From Mobula hypostoma (taxonomy: Eukaryota): 64,000 bases of DNA. The translations under genes and the position numbers were made by a program. Positions 1-11,355 of the stretch are shown here, one piece after another; positions within the stretch are counted from its first letter, which is position 1, and each line of letters starts with the position of its first letter. The notes below the pieces were generated by a model. That model saw nothing but the letters and a program-made list of their open reading frames with translations. It was not told where the DNA came from and did no database searches. The stretch covers positions 98,086,001 to 98,150,000 of the forward strand of contig NC_086097.1 in the NCBI RefSeq assembly GCF_963921235.1, given 5' to 3'.

Positions 1-179
1 AAGAATCTGAATCCCTGCTCCCCACACCAGCTCCTCAGCCACACATTCAAATCCCCTATTTCCCTGTTCCTGCCCTCACCAGCACAAGGAACTGGAAGCA
101 AACCAGAGAATTTGAATCCCTCACCACTTAATATCCTTGGGTTTACACTTGATAAGAGGCGGAACCGAAGGAACTATAT

Positions 180-720
180 ACGCCAAGTGGCCACAGACGC
201 AAGTTGGAAGTTGGGGATCTTCTGCTTAGTAACTCAGCTCCACATTCCCCAAAGCCTGTCCACTACCTACAAGGTTTGTGTCAGGAGACTCTTCACTTGC
301 CTGGATGATCTTCAACATCATTCACACCATGCAGAATAAAGCAGCCCATTTTGAAAGTACCCGTCCACAACTATTCACCCAGTCCACATCCAATGCACAG
401 CAGCGACTGCAGTCTGTACCGTCTGCAGGATGCACTGCAGTAATTCTCCAAGACTCCTGAGCCTTTTGCAAACCCACGACCGCTACCAGCAAGAAGATCA
501 AGGACAGCAAAAGCATGAAGTTGTCCTCCAGCCCACACTGCATCCTGACTTTTAAATATATCATTATTCCTTCACAGTCACTGGGTCAATATCCTGATAC
601 TCCCTCAGTAGATTGTGAGACTGTGTGCATAACCACGACCTGGTTACTTCAGTGCCAATTTCTCAAACACAGTTAGGAATGGACAATTAAATGTTTGCTC
701 TGCCTGCGAAGCTCACATCA
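180..720 (+). mobile_element. Very old LINE 3' end remnant (CR1/L2-like)
   Basis: PQSLSTTYK...LAWM...QNKAA motifs and a LINE-like 3' tail; heavily decayed. Confidence 0.4.
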
Positions 721-1552
721 ATTAAAACAAAAGAGAGCACATGAAGTTTCTTGCCGTATTTCGTTTCACATGTCCCACGGGTAGGGTCAGTCCTCATTTA
801 CGAGCGAGGGTAGAGAAGGAAGAGGGTGGTTAGGAATCTCTCTCCTTTCTTGCAACATTTCAGCCGCCAGAAATTTGTTCGTCTAAATTCTACAATTAAA
901 ATTATTATGATATTGCGCTAAAGTCAATTTCATATTCAAAATACTGTTAATGTAAACTTGAATCAAATATTGCTGGATTGTTTTGTGCTTTAAATAATCC
1001 CAACTGGTCAGAACCCGATGTACAGTATGTTTTAAAATTTATTTGCCAGATTTAACCCGCATTTCTTTTTCCCCTTGTTTGTGGCCCTTGACAAGGTGGT
1101 GGAGAGTAGCCTTCGTGAACTTTTGCAGAACCTCTGGTGATGGACATAGACACAGCAGTGGTGGAAGAATGGCAGTGAACCAGATAGTACTTGGTCCAGA
1201 CACAGCCTGAACTTGCACCTCTTGTTATTCAGACAGATATATTTATTTTTTGGACTCTGGCAGTCCAGCCATTCTGCAAAGCTTGAGCAGTGCATGGTGG
1301 GTGACCATGCCACAGATACTGATCCTTAAAACCCTCCCCTTGGATAACACAAAGGCCATAGGACTTAGGAGCAGAATTAAGCCATTTGCCCCATCAAGTC
1401 TGCTCCACCATTCCATTATGGCTATTCTGTCTCTCAACACCATTCTCCTGCCTTGTCCCATAACTGTTGACACCCTTACTAATCAAGACACTATCAACAC
1501 TCACAACACGCTGGAGGAACTCAACAGGTCTGGCAGCATCTGTGGAAATGAA

Positions 1553-1590
1553 CAGTTAACGTTTCGGGCCGAGACCCTTCATCAGGTCTG
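1553..1590 (-). ncRNA. Hammerhead motif, core intact, stem I mismatched
   Basis: cagac CTGATGA agggtctcggccc GAAA cgtt aactg. Confidence 0.6.
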
Positions 1591-1755
1591 AAGAGGAAGG
1601 GGGCAAGGGCCCTATAAAGAAGGTGGGAGGAGGGTGGGAAGGAAAAGGCTGGTAGGTGCCAGGTGAAAAACCAGTGAGGGGAAAGATAAAGGGGTGGGGG
1701 AGGGGATGGGCAGGAAAGGTGAAGAAGGAATAGGAGAAAGCACAATGGGTAGTAA

Positions 1756-4206
1756 CATAGAAACATAGAAAATAGGTGCAGGAGTAGGCCATTCGGCCCT
1801 TCAAACCTGCACCACCATTCAGTATGATCATGGCTGATCATCCAACTCAGAACCCTGTACCTGCCTTCCCTCCATACCCGCTGATCCCTTTAGCCACAAT
1901 GGCCATATCTAACTCCCTCTTAAATATAGCCAATGAACTGGCCTCAACTGTTTCCTGTGGCAGAGAATTCCACAGATTCACCACTCTCTGTGTGAAGAAG
2001 TTTTTCCCCATCTCGGTCCTAAAAGGCTTCCCCTTTATCCTCAAACTGTGACCCCTCGTTCTGGACTTACCCAACATCGGGAACAATCTTCCTGCATCTA
2101 TCCTGTCCAATCCCTTTAGGATTTTATATGTTTCAATAAGATCCCCGCTTAATCTTCTAAATTCCAACGAGTATAAGCCTAGTTCATCCAGTCTTTCATC
2201 ATATGAAAGTCCTGCCATCCCAGGAATCAATCTGGTGAACCTTCTTTGTACTCCCTCTATGGCAAGAATGTCTTTCCTCAGATTAGGGGACCAAAACTGC
2301 ACACAATACTCCAGGTGTGGTCTCACCAAGGCCTTGTACAACTGCAGTAGTACCTCCCTGCTCCTGTACTTAAATCCTCTTGCTATAAATGCCAGCATAC
2401 CATTCGCCTTTTTCACTGCCTGCTGTACTTGCATGCCCACTTTCAATGACTGGTATATAATGACACCCAGGTCTCGTTGCACCTCCCCTTGTCCTAATCG
2501 GCCACCATTCAGATAATAATCTGTTTTCCTGTTTTTGCCACCAAAGTGGATAACCTCACATTTATCCACATTAAATTGCATCTGCCATGAATTTGCCCAC
2601 TCACCTAACCTATCCAAGTCATCCTGCATCCTCCTGGCATCCTCCTCACAGCTAACACTGCCACCCAGCTTCGTATCATCCGCAAACTTGGAGATGCTGC
2701 ATTTAATTCCCTCATCTAAGTCATTAATATATATTGTAAACAACTGGGTTCTCAGCACTGAGCCTTGCGGTACCCCACTAGTCACTGCCTGCCATTCTGA
2801 AAAGGTCCCGTTTATTCCCACTCTTTGCTTCCTGTCTGCCAACCAATCCTCTATCCACAGCAATACCATACCCCCAATACCGTGATCTTTAAGTTTGCAT
2901 ACTAATCTCCTGTGTGGGACCTTGTCAAAAGCCTTTCGAAAATCCAAATATAACACATCCACTGGTTCTCCCCTATCCACTCTACTAGTTACATCCTCAA
3001 AAAATTCTATGAGATTCGTCAGACATGATTTTCCTTTCACAAATCCATGCTGACTCTGTCCGATGATTTCACCGCTTTCCAAATGTGCTGTTATCACATC
3101 TTTGATAATTGACTCTAGCATTTTCCCCTCCACCGATATTAGGCTAACCAGTCTATAATTCCCCGGTTTCTCTCCCCCTCCTTTTTTAAAAAGCGGGGTT
3201 ACATTAGCCACCCTCCAATCCTCAGGAACTAGTCCAGATTCTAAAGAGTTTTGAAAAATTATCACTAATGCATCCACTATCTCTTGGGCTACTTCCTTAA
3301 GCACTCTGGGATGCAGACCATCTGGCCCTGGGGATTTATCTGCCTTTAATCCCTTCAATTTACCTAACATCACTTCCCTACTGACATGTATTTCCCTCAG
3401 TTCCTCCATCTCACTACACCCTCTGTCCCCTACCTTTCTGAAAGATTATTTATGTCCTCCTTAGTGAAGACAGAACCAAAATAGTTATTCAATTGGTCTG
3501 CCATGTCCTTGTTCCCCATGATCAATTCACCTGTTTCTGTCTGTAGGGGACCTACATTTGTCTTAACCAATCTTTCTCTTTTCACATATCTATAAAAGCT
3601 TTTACAGTCAGTTTTTATGTTCCCTGCCAGTTTTCTCTCATAATCTTTTTTCCCTTTCCTAATTAAGCCCTTTGCCCTCCTCTGCTGGACTCTAAATTTC
3701 TCCCAGTCCTCAGGTGAGCCACTTTTTCTGGCTAATTTGTATGTTTCTTCTTTGGAATTGATACTATCCCTAATTTCCCTTGTCAGCCACGGGTGCACTA
3801 CCTTCCCTGATTTATTCTTTTGCCAAACTGGGATGAACAATTGTTGTAGTTCATCCATGCGATCTTGAAATGCTTGCCATTGCATATCCACCGTCAACCC
3901 TTTAAGTATCATTTGCCAGTCTATCTTAGCTAATTCAGGTCTCATACCTTCAAAGTTACCCTTCTTTAAGTTCAGAACCGTTGTTTCTGAATTAAATATG
4001 TCACTCTCCATCTTAATGAAGAATTCCACCATATTATGGTCACCCTTACCCAAGGGGCCTCTCACGACAAGATTGCTAATTAACCCTTCCTCATTGCTCA
4101 ATACCCAGTCTAGAATGGCCTGCTCTCTAGTTGGTTCCTCGACATGTTGTTCAAAAAACCATCCCGCATACATTCCAAGAAATCCTCTTCCTCAGCACCC
4201 TTACCA
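1756..4206 (-). mobile_element. CR1 LINE, 5'-truncated, inserted in the 3' region of PLE A
   Basis: ORF2 pieces 3430-4173 and 1847-3409 ([33 protein letters not shown]); (catagaaa)n tail at 1756. PLE sequence on both flanks joins up. Confidence 0.95.
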
Positions 4207-7200
4207 AGAAGGAGGTGGAACCATGAGGGGGGTGATAGGCAGCTGGGGGAGGGGGCAGAGTGAAAATGGGGTGGGGGAAGGGTGGGGGAGGGAATTACCA
4301 GAAGTTGGAGAATTCAATTTTCATAGCAAGGGGCTGAGACTACCCAGACGGTATATGAAGTGTTGCTCCTCCAACCTGAGTTTGGCCTCATCATGGCAGT
4401 AGAGGAGGCCATGTATGGACATATCCGAATGGGAATGTGATGCAGAGTTGAAGTGGGTGGCAACCAGGAGATCCTGCCTGTTGTGGGGGATGGAGCAGAG
4501 GTGCTCGTTGAAGAGGTTCACCAATCTACGTCGGGTCTCACCGATGTAGAGGAGGCTGCACCGAGAGCACCAGATGCAATAGATGACCCCAACAGACTCA
4601 CAAAGTGAAGTGTTGCCTCACCTGGAAGGTCTGCTTGGGGCCCTGAATGCTGGTGAGAGAGGAGGTGTAGGGTCAGGTGTAGCACTTACACTTACAGGGA
4701 TAAGTGACGGGTGGGAGATCCGAGGGGAGGGATTTGTAGACCAGGGAGTCACGGAGGAAACGATCCCTGCAGAAAGCAGAGAGGGGTAGAGAGGGAAAGA
4801 TGTGCTTAGTGGTGGAGTCCTGTTGAAGGTGGCGGAAGTTGCGGAGGATGATGTGCTGGATCCGGGGGCTGGTGGGGTGGTAGGTGAGGACAAGGGGAAC
4901 TCTGTCCCTGTTGTGGTGACGGGAGGATGGGATGAGGGCCGAAGTGTGGGAAATAGAGGAGATGCGGGTGAGGACATCATTAATGACGGCAGAAGGGAAA
5001 CTACGACCCCTAAAGAAAGAGGACATTTGAGATGTCCTGGAACGGAACCCCTCATCCTGGGAGCAGATGTGGTGGAGATGGAGGAACTGGGAATAGGAAA
5101 TAGCATTTTTGCATGTGGCAGGGTGGGAAGAGGTATAGTCGAAGTAGTTATGAGAGTCAGTGGGCTTATAGAAGATGTCAGTGGACAGTCTGTCTCCAGT
5201 GATGGAGACCGAGAGGTCGAGGAAGAGAAGCAAAGTGTCCGAGATGGACCAAGTGAATTTGAGGGCTGGGTGGAAGTTTGAAGTAAAGTCAATGAAATTG
5301 ACGAGCTCAGGATGGGTGCAGGAAGCAGTATCAATGTAGTCGTCAATGTAGCAAAGGAAAAGTTGGGGAGCAGTACCACTAAAGGTTTGGAGCATAGACT
5401 GTTCCAAATAACCAACAAAGAGGCAGGCATTGCCGGGGCCCATGTGAGTACCCATAGCTACACCTTTGGTCTGAAGAAAGTGGGAACAGCCAAAACAGAA
5501 GTTATTAAGTGTGAGTATCAGTTCTTCCAACCGGAGGAGGGTAGTGCTGGTGGGGAACTGGTGAGGTCTATTGTCCAGAAAGTAGTGGAGGGCTTTGAGG
5601 CCTTCTTGATGGGGAATGGAGGTGTATAAGGATTGGACATCCATAGTGAAAATGAAGCGGTCGGGATCAGGGAACTGGAAGTCATTGAAGAGGTGGAGGG
5701 CATGGGATGTATCCCGGATGTAGGTGGGGAGGGACTGAACTATGGGTGACAAAATGGAGTCCAGGTAGGCAGATACAAGTTCAGTGGGGCACCAGCAGGC
5801 AGAAACTATGGGTCTACCGGGACAGTCAGGCTTGTGGATCTTGGGGAGGAGGTAAAACCGAGCAGTGAAGGGTGTAGGAATCATGAGATTAGCGGATGAG
5901 GATGGAATGTCCCCGGAGTTGATAAGGGTGGTGATGGTACGGGAGGGAATGGTTTGAATTTTTTTGGTGGGGTCCTGTTCCAGGGGTAAGTAAGAGGAGG
6001 TATCAGAGAGCTGCCTTTTGGCCTCAGTGAGGTAGAGGTCCATCCGCCAGACTACTATGGCACCACCTTTGACTGAGGGTTTGATGGTGAGGTTGGGATT
6101 AGTGCAGAGAGAGTGGAGGACAGTGCGTTCAGAGGGAGTGAGGCTGGAACAGGAGAGAGGAGTGGTGAAGTTGAGACGGTTGATGTCTCGGCGACAGTTG
6201 GAGATAAAAAGATCGAGTGCAGGTAGAAGGCCTGGGCGGGGTGTCCAGGAGGAAGAGGAGGGTTGAAGATGGGAGAACGGGTCATCAGAAGGGGGAGGGG
6301 AATCCTTGCCATACAAGTAGGCTCAGAGACATAGGCGATGGAAGAAGAGTTCAGCGTCATGGTGGGCACAGAATTCACTGAGGTGTGGACGGAGGGGGAC
6401 AAAAATGAGGCCCTTGCTAAGGACAGAACATTCTGCTTCAGAGAGGGGAAGGTCAGAGAGGATGGTGAACACATGGCAAGGGTTGGGGCTGGGGTCAGAG
6501 GAGGGTAAAGAGTGGGAGGTCTCAGGAGGGAGACGAGGTTGGGATATTCAGGGAGAGCGGGGTTAGGGGATGATGAGGGATCAGAGGAATGGGGGGCGAT
6601 GGGGGTAGGGGGAAGGATGGGAGTCACGGGGAGGATAGAGGGTAGTGTAGGAATAAGACGAGCGGTAGGAACCAGCAGCAGTAAGAGCAGTCCCGGTCTG
6701 GAGAGGGTCAGGACCTCGGTCTGAGCTGGATCTGGAGCTGGGGGTGGCAGAGCCTGTGGCCTACAGGGCCCCAGAACTGAGGTCGGAGTCAGAGGCGAGT
6801 GAGTCCTTGGCCCGCCGGGGGCTGGTCCCCATGTCCGGGAGGCCGTGGTCAGAGTCAGAGGTGGATGGGTCTTCGGCCTGCCGAAGGTCTGAGAAGTCAG
6901 GGTCTGAGGAGTCGGGGTCCGGGCTGGAACCGGTCGTCGTCGTAGGCTGCAGGCGGGCGAGCTTGTAGTCCTTCTTGGACGGGAGGAAGGAAAAGAAACG
7001 GCGGTTGGAGGCGTGAATCCGGCGGAGAATGAAGTGTAGGAGAGGTCCATGGCAGACGGTGGAGAGTGAGGCCCGGAGTGGTGGTAGAGAGAGGGACAGG
7101 GCCCGTAGGTATCTCCGCATGGCAGTGAGCGTGGCGCGGAGAATCCGGCGGGAGCAGCGGTCAATGAAACGGAGGTATCTGGGATCCTCGCTGGGCCCGA

Positions 7201-7541
7201 ACTGGGAGGCCTGGAACCGGAGCTGGAATCCCTGCGGTAACATACGGTGGTGGAGACACGTTCCCAGGAAGGAGACGTGGCTGTGGGAGCGGGTCTGGGT
7301 CAGGATCTGGTCGAAGAGTCGGAGAGAGGCGGAGATCACAGAGGGGGAGCAGTGAGAGAGGGTCTCACTGAACTCCCGTCGAAGGGAAGATTTAAACTTC
7401 TTCAGGGTAGGCATACCTCGAAGAGACTTCACAGTGGAGTAGCGAATCAAAACATAAAATTCTCTGCAGATGCTGGGGTCAAAACAACACGCACAACACG
7501 CTGCAGGAACTCAGCAGGTCAGGCAGCATCCATGGAACGAA

Positions 7542-7579
7542 CAGACAATGTTTCGGCCCGAGACCCTTTATCAGGTCTG
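7542..7579 (-). ncRNA. Hammerhead motif, mutated core
   Basis: cagac CTGATAA agggtctcgggcc GAAA catt gtctg. Confidence 0.55.
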
Positions 7580-8998
7580 TAAAGGGAGGGGGCAGGGGCC
7601 CTATAAAGAAGTGGGGGGAGGCTGGGAAGGAGAAGGCTGGTAGGTTCCAGGTGAAAAACTAGCAAGGAGAAAGATCAAGGGGTGGGGGAGGGGAAGCAAG
7701 GAGAGGATAGGGAGGAAAGGTGAAGAAGGAAATCAAACCCCACCTGCATCCGGGATATATCCCATGCCCTCCAGCTCTTCAATGACTTGCAGTTCCCCGG
7801 TCCCGACCACTTCATTTTCCCCATGGATGTCCAATCCTTATACACTTCCATTCCCCATCAAGAAGGCCTCAAAGACCTCCGCTACTTTCTGGACAATAGA
7901 TCTCACCAGTTCCCCACCACCACTACACTCCTTCGGTTGGCGGAACTGGTACTCACACTTAATAACTTCTCTTTTGGCTCTTCCCACTTTCTTCAGACCA
8001 AGGGTGTAGCTATGGGGACTCGCATATGCCTCTTCGTTGATTATGTGGAACAGACTATGCTCCAAACTTATATTGGTACTGCTCCCCAACTTTTCCTTCG
8101 CTACACTGACGACTACATTGGTGCTGCTTCCTGCACCCATGCTGAGCTCGTCAATTTCTTCGACTTTGCTTCTAACTTTCACCCTGACCTCAAATTCACT
8201 TGGTCCATCTCGGACACTTCTCTCCCCTTTCTCGATCTCGGTCTCCTTCTCTGGAGACAGACTGTCCACAGACATGCTCTATAAGCCCACTAACTCTCAT
8301 AACTACCCCGACTATACCTCTTCCCCTCCTGCCGCATATAAAAATGCTATTCCCTATTCCCAGTTCCTCCATCTCCACCACATCTGCTCCCAGGATGAGG
8401 GGTTCCGTTCCAGAACATCTCAAATGTCCCCTTTCTTTAAGGATCATGGTTTCCCTTCTGCCGTTGTCAATGATGCCCTCACCCGCATCTCCTCCATTTC
8501 CCGCACTTCGGCCCTCATCCCATCCTCCCGTCACCACAACAGGGACAGAGTTCCCCTTGTCCTCACCCATCACCCCACCAGCCTCCGGATCCAGCACATT
8601 ATCCTCCGCAACTTCCACCACCTTCAACAGGACCCCACCACTAAGCACATCTTTCCCTCTCTACCCCTCTCCGCTTTCTGCAGGGATCGTTCCCGCCGCA
8701 ACTCCCTGGTCCACACGTCCCTCCCCACGGATCTCCCACCCAGCACTTATCCCTGTAAGCGTAAGTGCTACACCTGACCCTACACCTCCTCTCTTGCCAC
8801 CATTCAGAGCCCCAAACAGACCTTCCAGGTGAGGCAACACTTCACTTGTGAGTCTGTTGGGGTCATCTATTGCATCCGGTGCTCCCGGTGCGGCCTCCTC
8901 TACATCGGTGAGACCCGATGCAGATTGGGGGACCGCTTTGTCGAGCACCTCCACTCAATCCACCAGAACAGACAGGATCTCCCGGTTGCCACCCACTT

Positions 8999-9144
8999 CA
9001 TTTTCATTTTTAAATCTTTTTTATTAATTATTATTGAAGATGAACAAAAAAATATAGTAATCAAGTCAACATGTCAATATGTACATTGAGGAATTAAATT
9101 GCCAAATACCTGATTAACAATGTTAAACAATATATCAATAATAA
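8999..9144 (-). mobile_element. 146-bp AT-rich retro-insertion (L1/Tx1-like 3' stub) with 13-bp TSD; duplicate at 23639-23784
   Basis: ttgccacccactt at 8986-8998 and 9145-9157; minus strand ends aataaaaaagatttaaaaatgaaaatg. Absent from PLE C. Family assignment is tentative. Confidence 0.65.
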
Positions 9145-9545
9145 TTGCCACCCACTTTAACTTGCTTCACCATCCCATTCAGATATGTCCATACATGGCC
9201 TCCTCTGCTGCCATGATGAGGACAAACTCAGGTTGGAGGAGCAACACCTCATATACCGTCTGGGTATGAACATAGAATTCTCCAACTTCCAGTAATTCCC
9301 TCCCTCTCCCTTCCCCTATCCCAGTTTCACTCTGTCCCCTCCTCCAGCTGCCTATCACCTCCCTCATGGTTCCTCCTCCTTTTATGACCCATTGTGCTTT
9401 TCCCTGTTCCTTTTTCACCTTTCCTACCTATCCCCTCCTCTACCCCTTGATCTTTCCCCTTTCTGGTTTTTCACCTGGAACCTACCAGCCTTCTCCTTCC
9501 CACCCTCCCCCTACCTTCTTTATAGCGCCCCGCCCCCTCCCTCTT

Positions 9546-9583
9546 CAGTCCTGATGAAGGGTCTTGGCCCAAAACGTTGACTG
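9546..9583 (+). ncRNA. Hammerhead motif, GAAA mutated to AAAA (duplicate at 24205-24242)
   Basis: cagtc CTGATGA agggtcttggccc AAAA cgtt gactg. Confidence 0.55.
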
Positions 9584-9675
9584 TTCATTTCTACGGATGC
9601 TGCCCGACCTGCTGAGTTCCTCCAGCGTGTTTTGCGTGTTGCTTTGACCCCAGCATCTGCAGAGAATTTTGTGTT

Positions 9676-10385
9676 TCCAATGAAGTTACGTTGCCTTTTC
9701 ATGATCTCATACATTATTTCTCCTTTTGTTCTTGCTCTGTTCATGACATCCTCGTTAGATATTCGTTTTGTCCATGATATTCTTGGCATCCTCCTCAAAA
9801 ACCACATCTCTGCTGCTTCAATTCGTTTCCTCATGTTACTAGATATTGTCCAACATTCTCAGCCATATTACATAACTGGATAAACGTAACATTTCAGTAC
9901 TCTGAGGTGGGTTGTCATGCCTAGTTTAGTGTTGGTCAGTATACTCTTCATTCTCGTAAAGGTGTCGTTTGCCATCCCTATTCTTCTTTGATGTCCATGT
10001 CGCACCTGCCATCTGATTTCACCCAGATTCCTAAGTAGCAAAAGCTCTGTACTTGTTTTATGTCTTCCCCATTTATTTTCAGCCTGCAGATAGGATTCTC
10101 CTTCTTTTTGGATATCACCATACATTCTGTCTTTTTGCAATTGATAGATAGACAACAGTGTGTTTTCTCCCCTGATTTGTTTAATGTGTACAGTGAAACA
10201 ATAGTACAAAAAATAAGAGACATCTTGGTGGTGAAATCATCAATAATTTCAGATATGCAGATGACACTGTGTTAATTGCAAGTACGGAGGAAGAACTGCA
10301 AAACTTAATTGATATAGTTATTGAAGAAAGTGCAAAAATGGGTCATCTATTAATTGCAAAAAGACAGTATGTACGGTGATATCCA
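9676..10385. mobile_element. RTE-clade LINE fragment with 5' inversion (duplicate at ~24335-25044)
   Basis: Minus part to ~10150 (IEAAEMWFLRRM, SWTKRISNEDV); plus part 10151-10385 (FSPDLFNVYSE, NNFRYADD). Confidence 0.8.
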
Positions 10386-11355
10386 GTAGAACAAGGAATT
10401 CCATTATCAGCATTGCCTCAGAGTCATGGTCAAGGGAGAGTGAGGGGCACTCACAGGAAGCATGGCCACAAAATTACCATGTTGAAATGAAAATGGACAC
10501 CTCCTCTCCCCCTCCCAACAAGCACCAGTCACTAGAGGCTTCATTCTTTACTTTCACTATTTGGTGTTGGTTTATTATTGTCTCATGTACTGAGATACAG
10601 TGAAAAGCCTGACTTGCAAACTGTTGATACCGATCAAAACATCACACAGTGTAGAGGTAGAACAAGGTAAAACAATAACAGAACGCAGAATACAGTGTAA
10701 CTGCTCCATTGAGCTGCAGTGCTGGTAAACAATAAGGTACAAGATTATAACAATTGACATTGTCAGGTCAACAGTCCATCTTATCACAGTAGAGGAACAT
10801 TCAACAGAACACAGAACATTACAGCACAATACAGGCCATTCAGCCCACAATGTTCTGATAGTTTATCCTGATCCAAGATCTATGTAACCCTTCCCTCCTA
10901 TGTGGCCCTCAGTCTCTCCCTCATCCATGTACCTATCAAGAGTTTAATTGTTCCTACTGTGTCTGTCCTAAATTCAATGACGGACGGGGTAGAAGCTATC
11001 CTCGAGCCTGTTGGAAAGTATTTTTGTGCTTTCCTATCTCCTGCCCGACGGGAGGGGGGGATAAGACAGAATATGGGAGGGGTCTTTGATTGTGCCGGCT
11101 CTTTTACTGAGGCAGTGAGAAATGTAGAAGAGTCCAAGGAGGAGAGGAAGATTTCTGTGATGTGCTCAGTTGTGTCCGTAACAGCCTGCATTTTCCAGAA
11201 GTCACATGCTTGATCATGATGAGGTAGATTGTGATGTCATTATGATCCAGTAACTGACCACAAGAAACTGCAGGCTGAGTGCAGACGGAGAGGCTAGTCT
11301 CCTTGAGGTGCTGAGCTGCTTCGTCAAGATTTTCTTAGAATTACGCACAAAATCT

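Larger units (their letters stand above)
1497..9675. mobile_element. Penelope-like element A (Neptune-type): near full-length minus-strand copy head-to-head with a 5'-truncated plus-strand copy; nested CR1
   Basis: Minus ORF pieces 6761-7450 (N-terminus), 4673-6316 (RT: LLPKIHK, GRPIVS, DVQSLYTSIP, GVAMG, YIDD) and 4321-4600 (GIY-YIG). Plus arm ~7737-9675. Pseudo-LTR sequence at 1497-1755, 7450-7735 and ~9400-9675. Frameshifted. Confidence 0.9.

Noticed and set aside
11308..11355. GTG start given in the ORF track
   Set aside because: Eukaryotic gene; the first in-frame ATG (11356 / 26030) places the anchor at the N-terminus.
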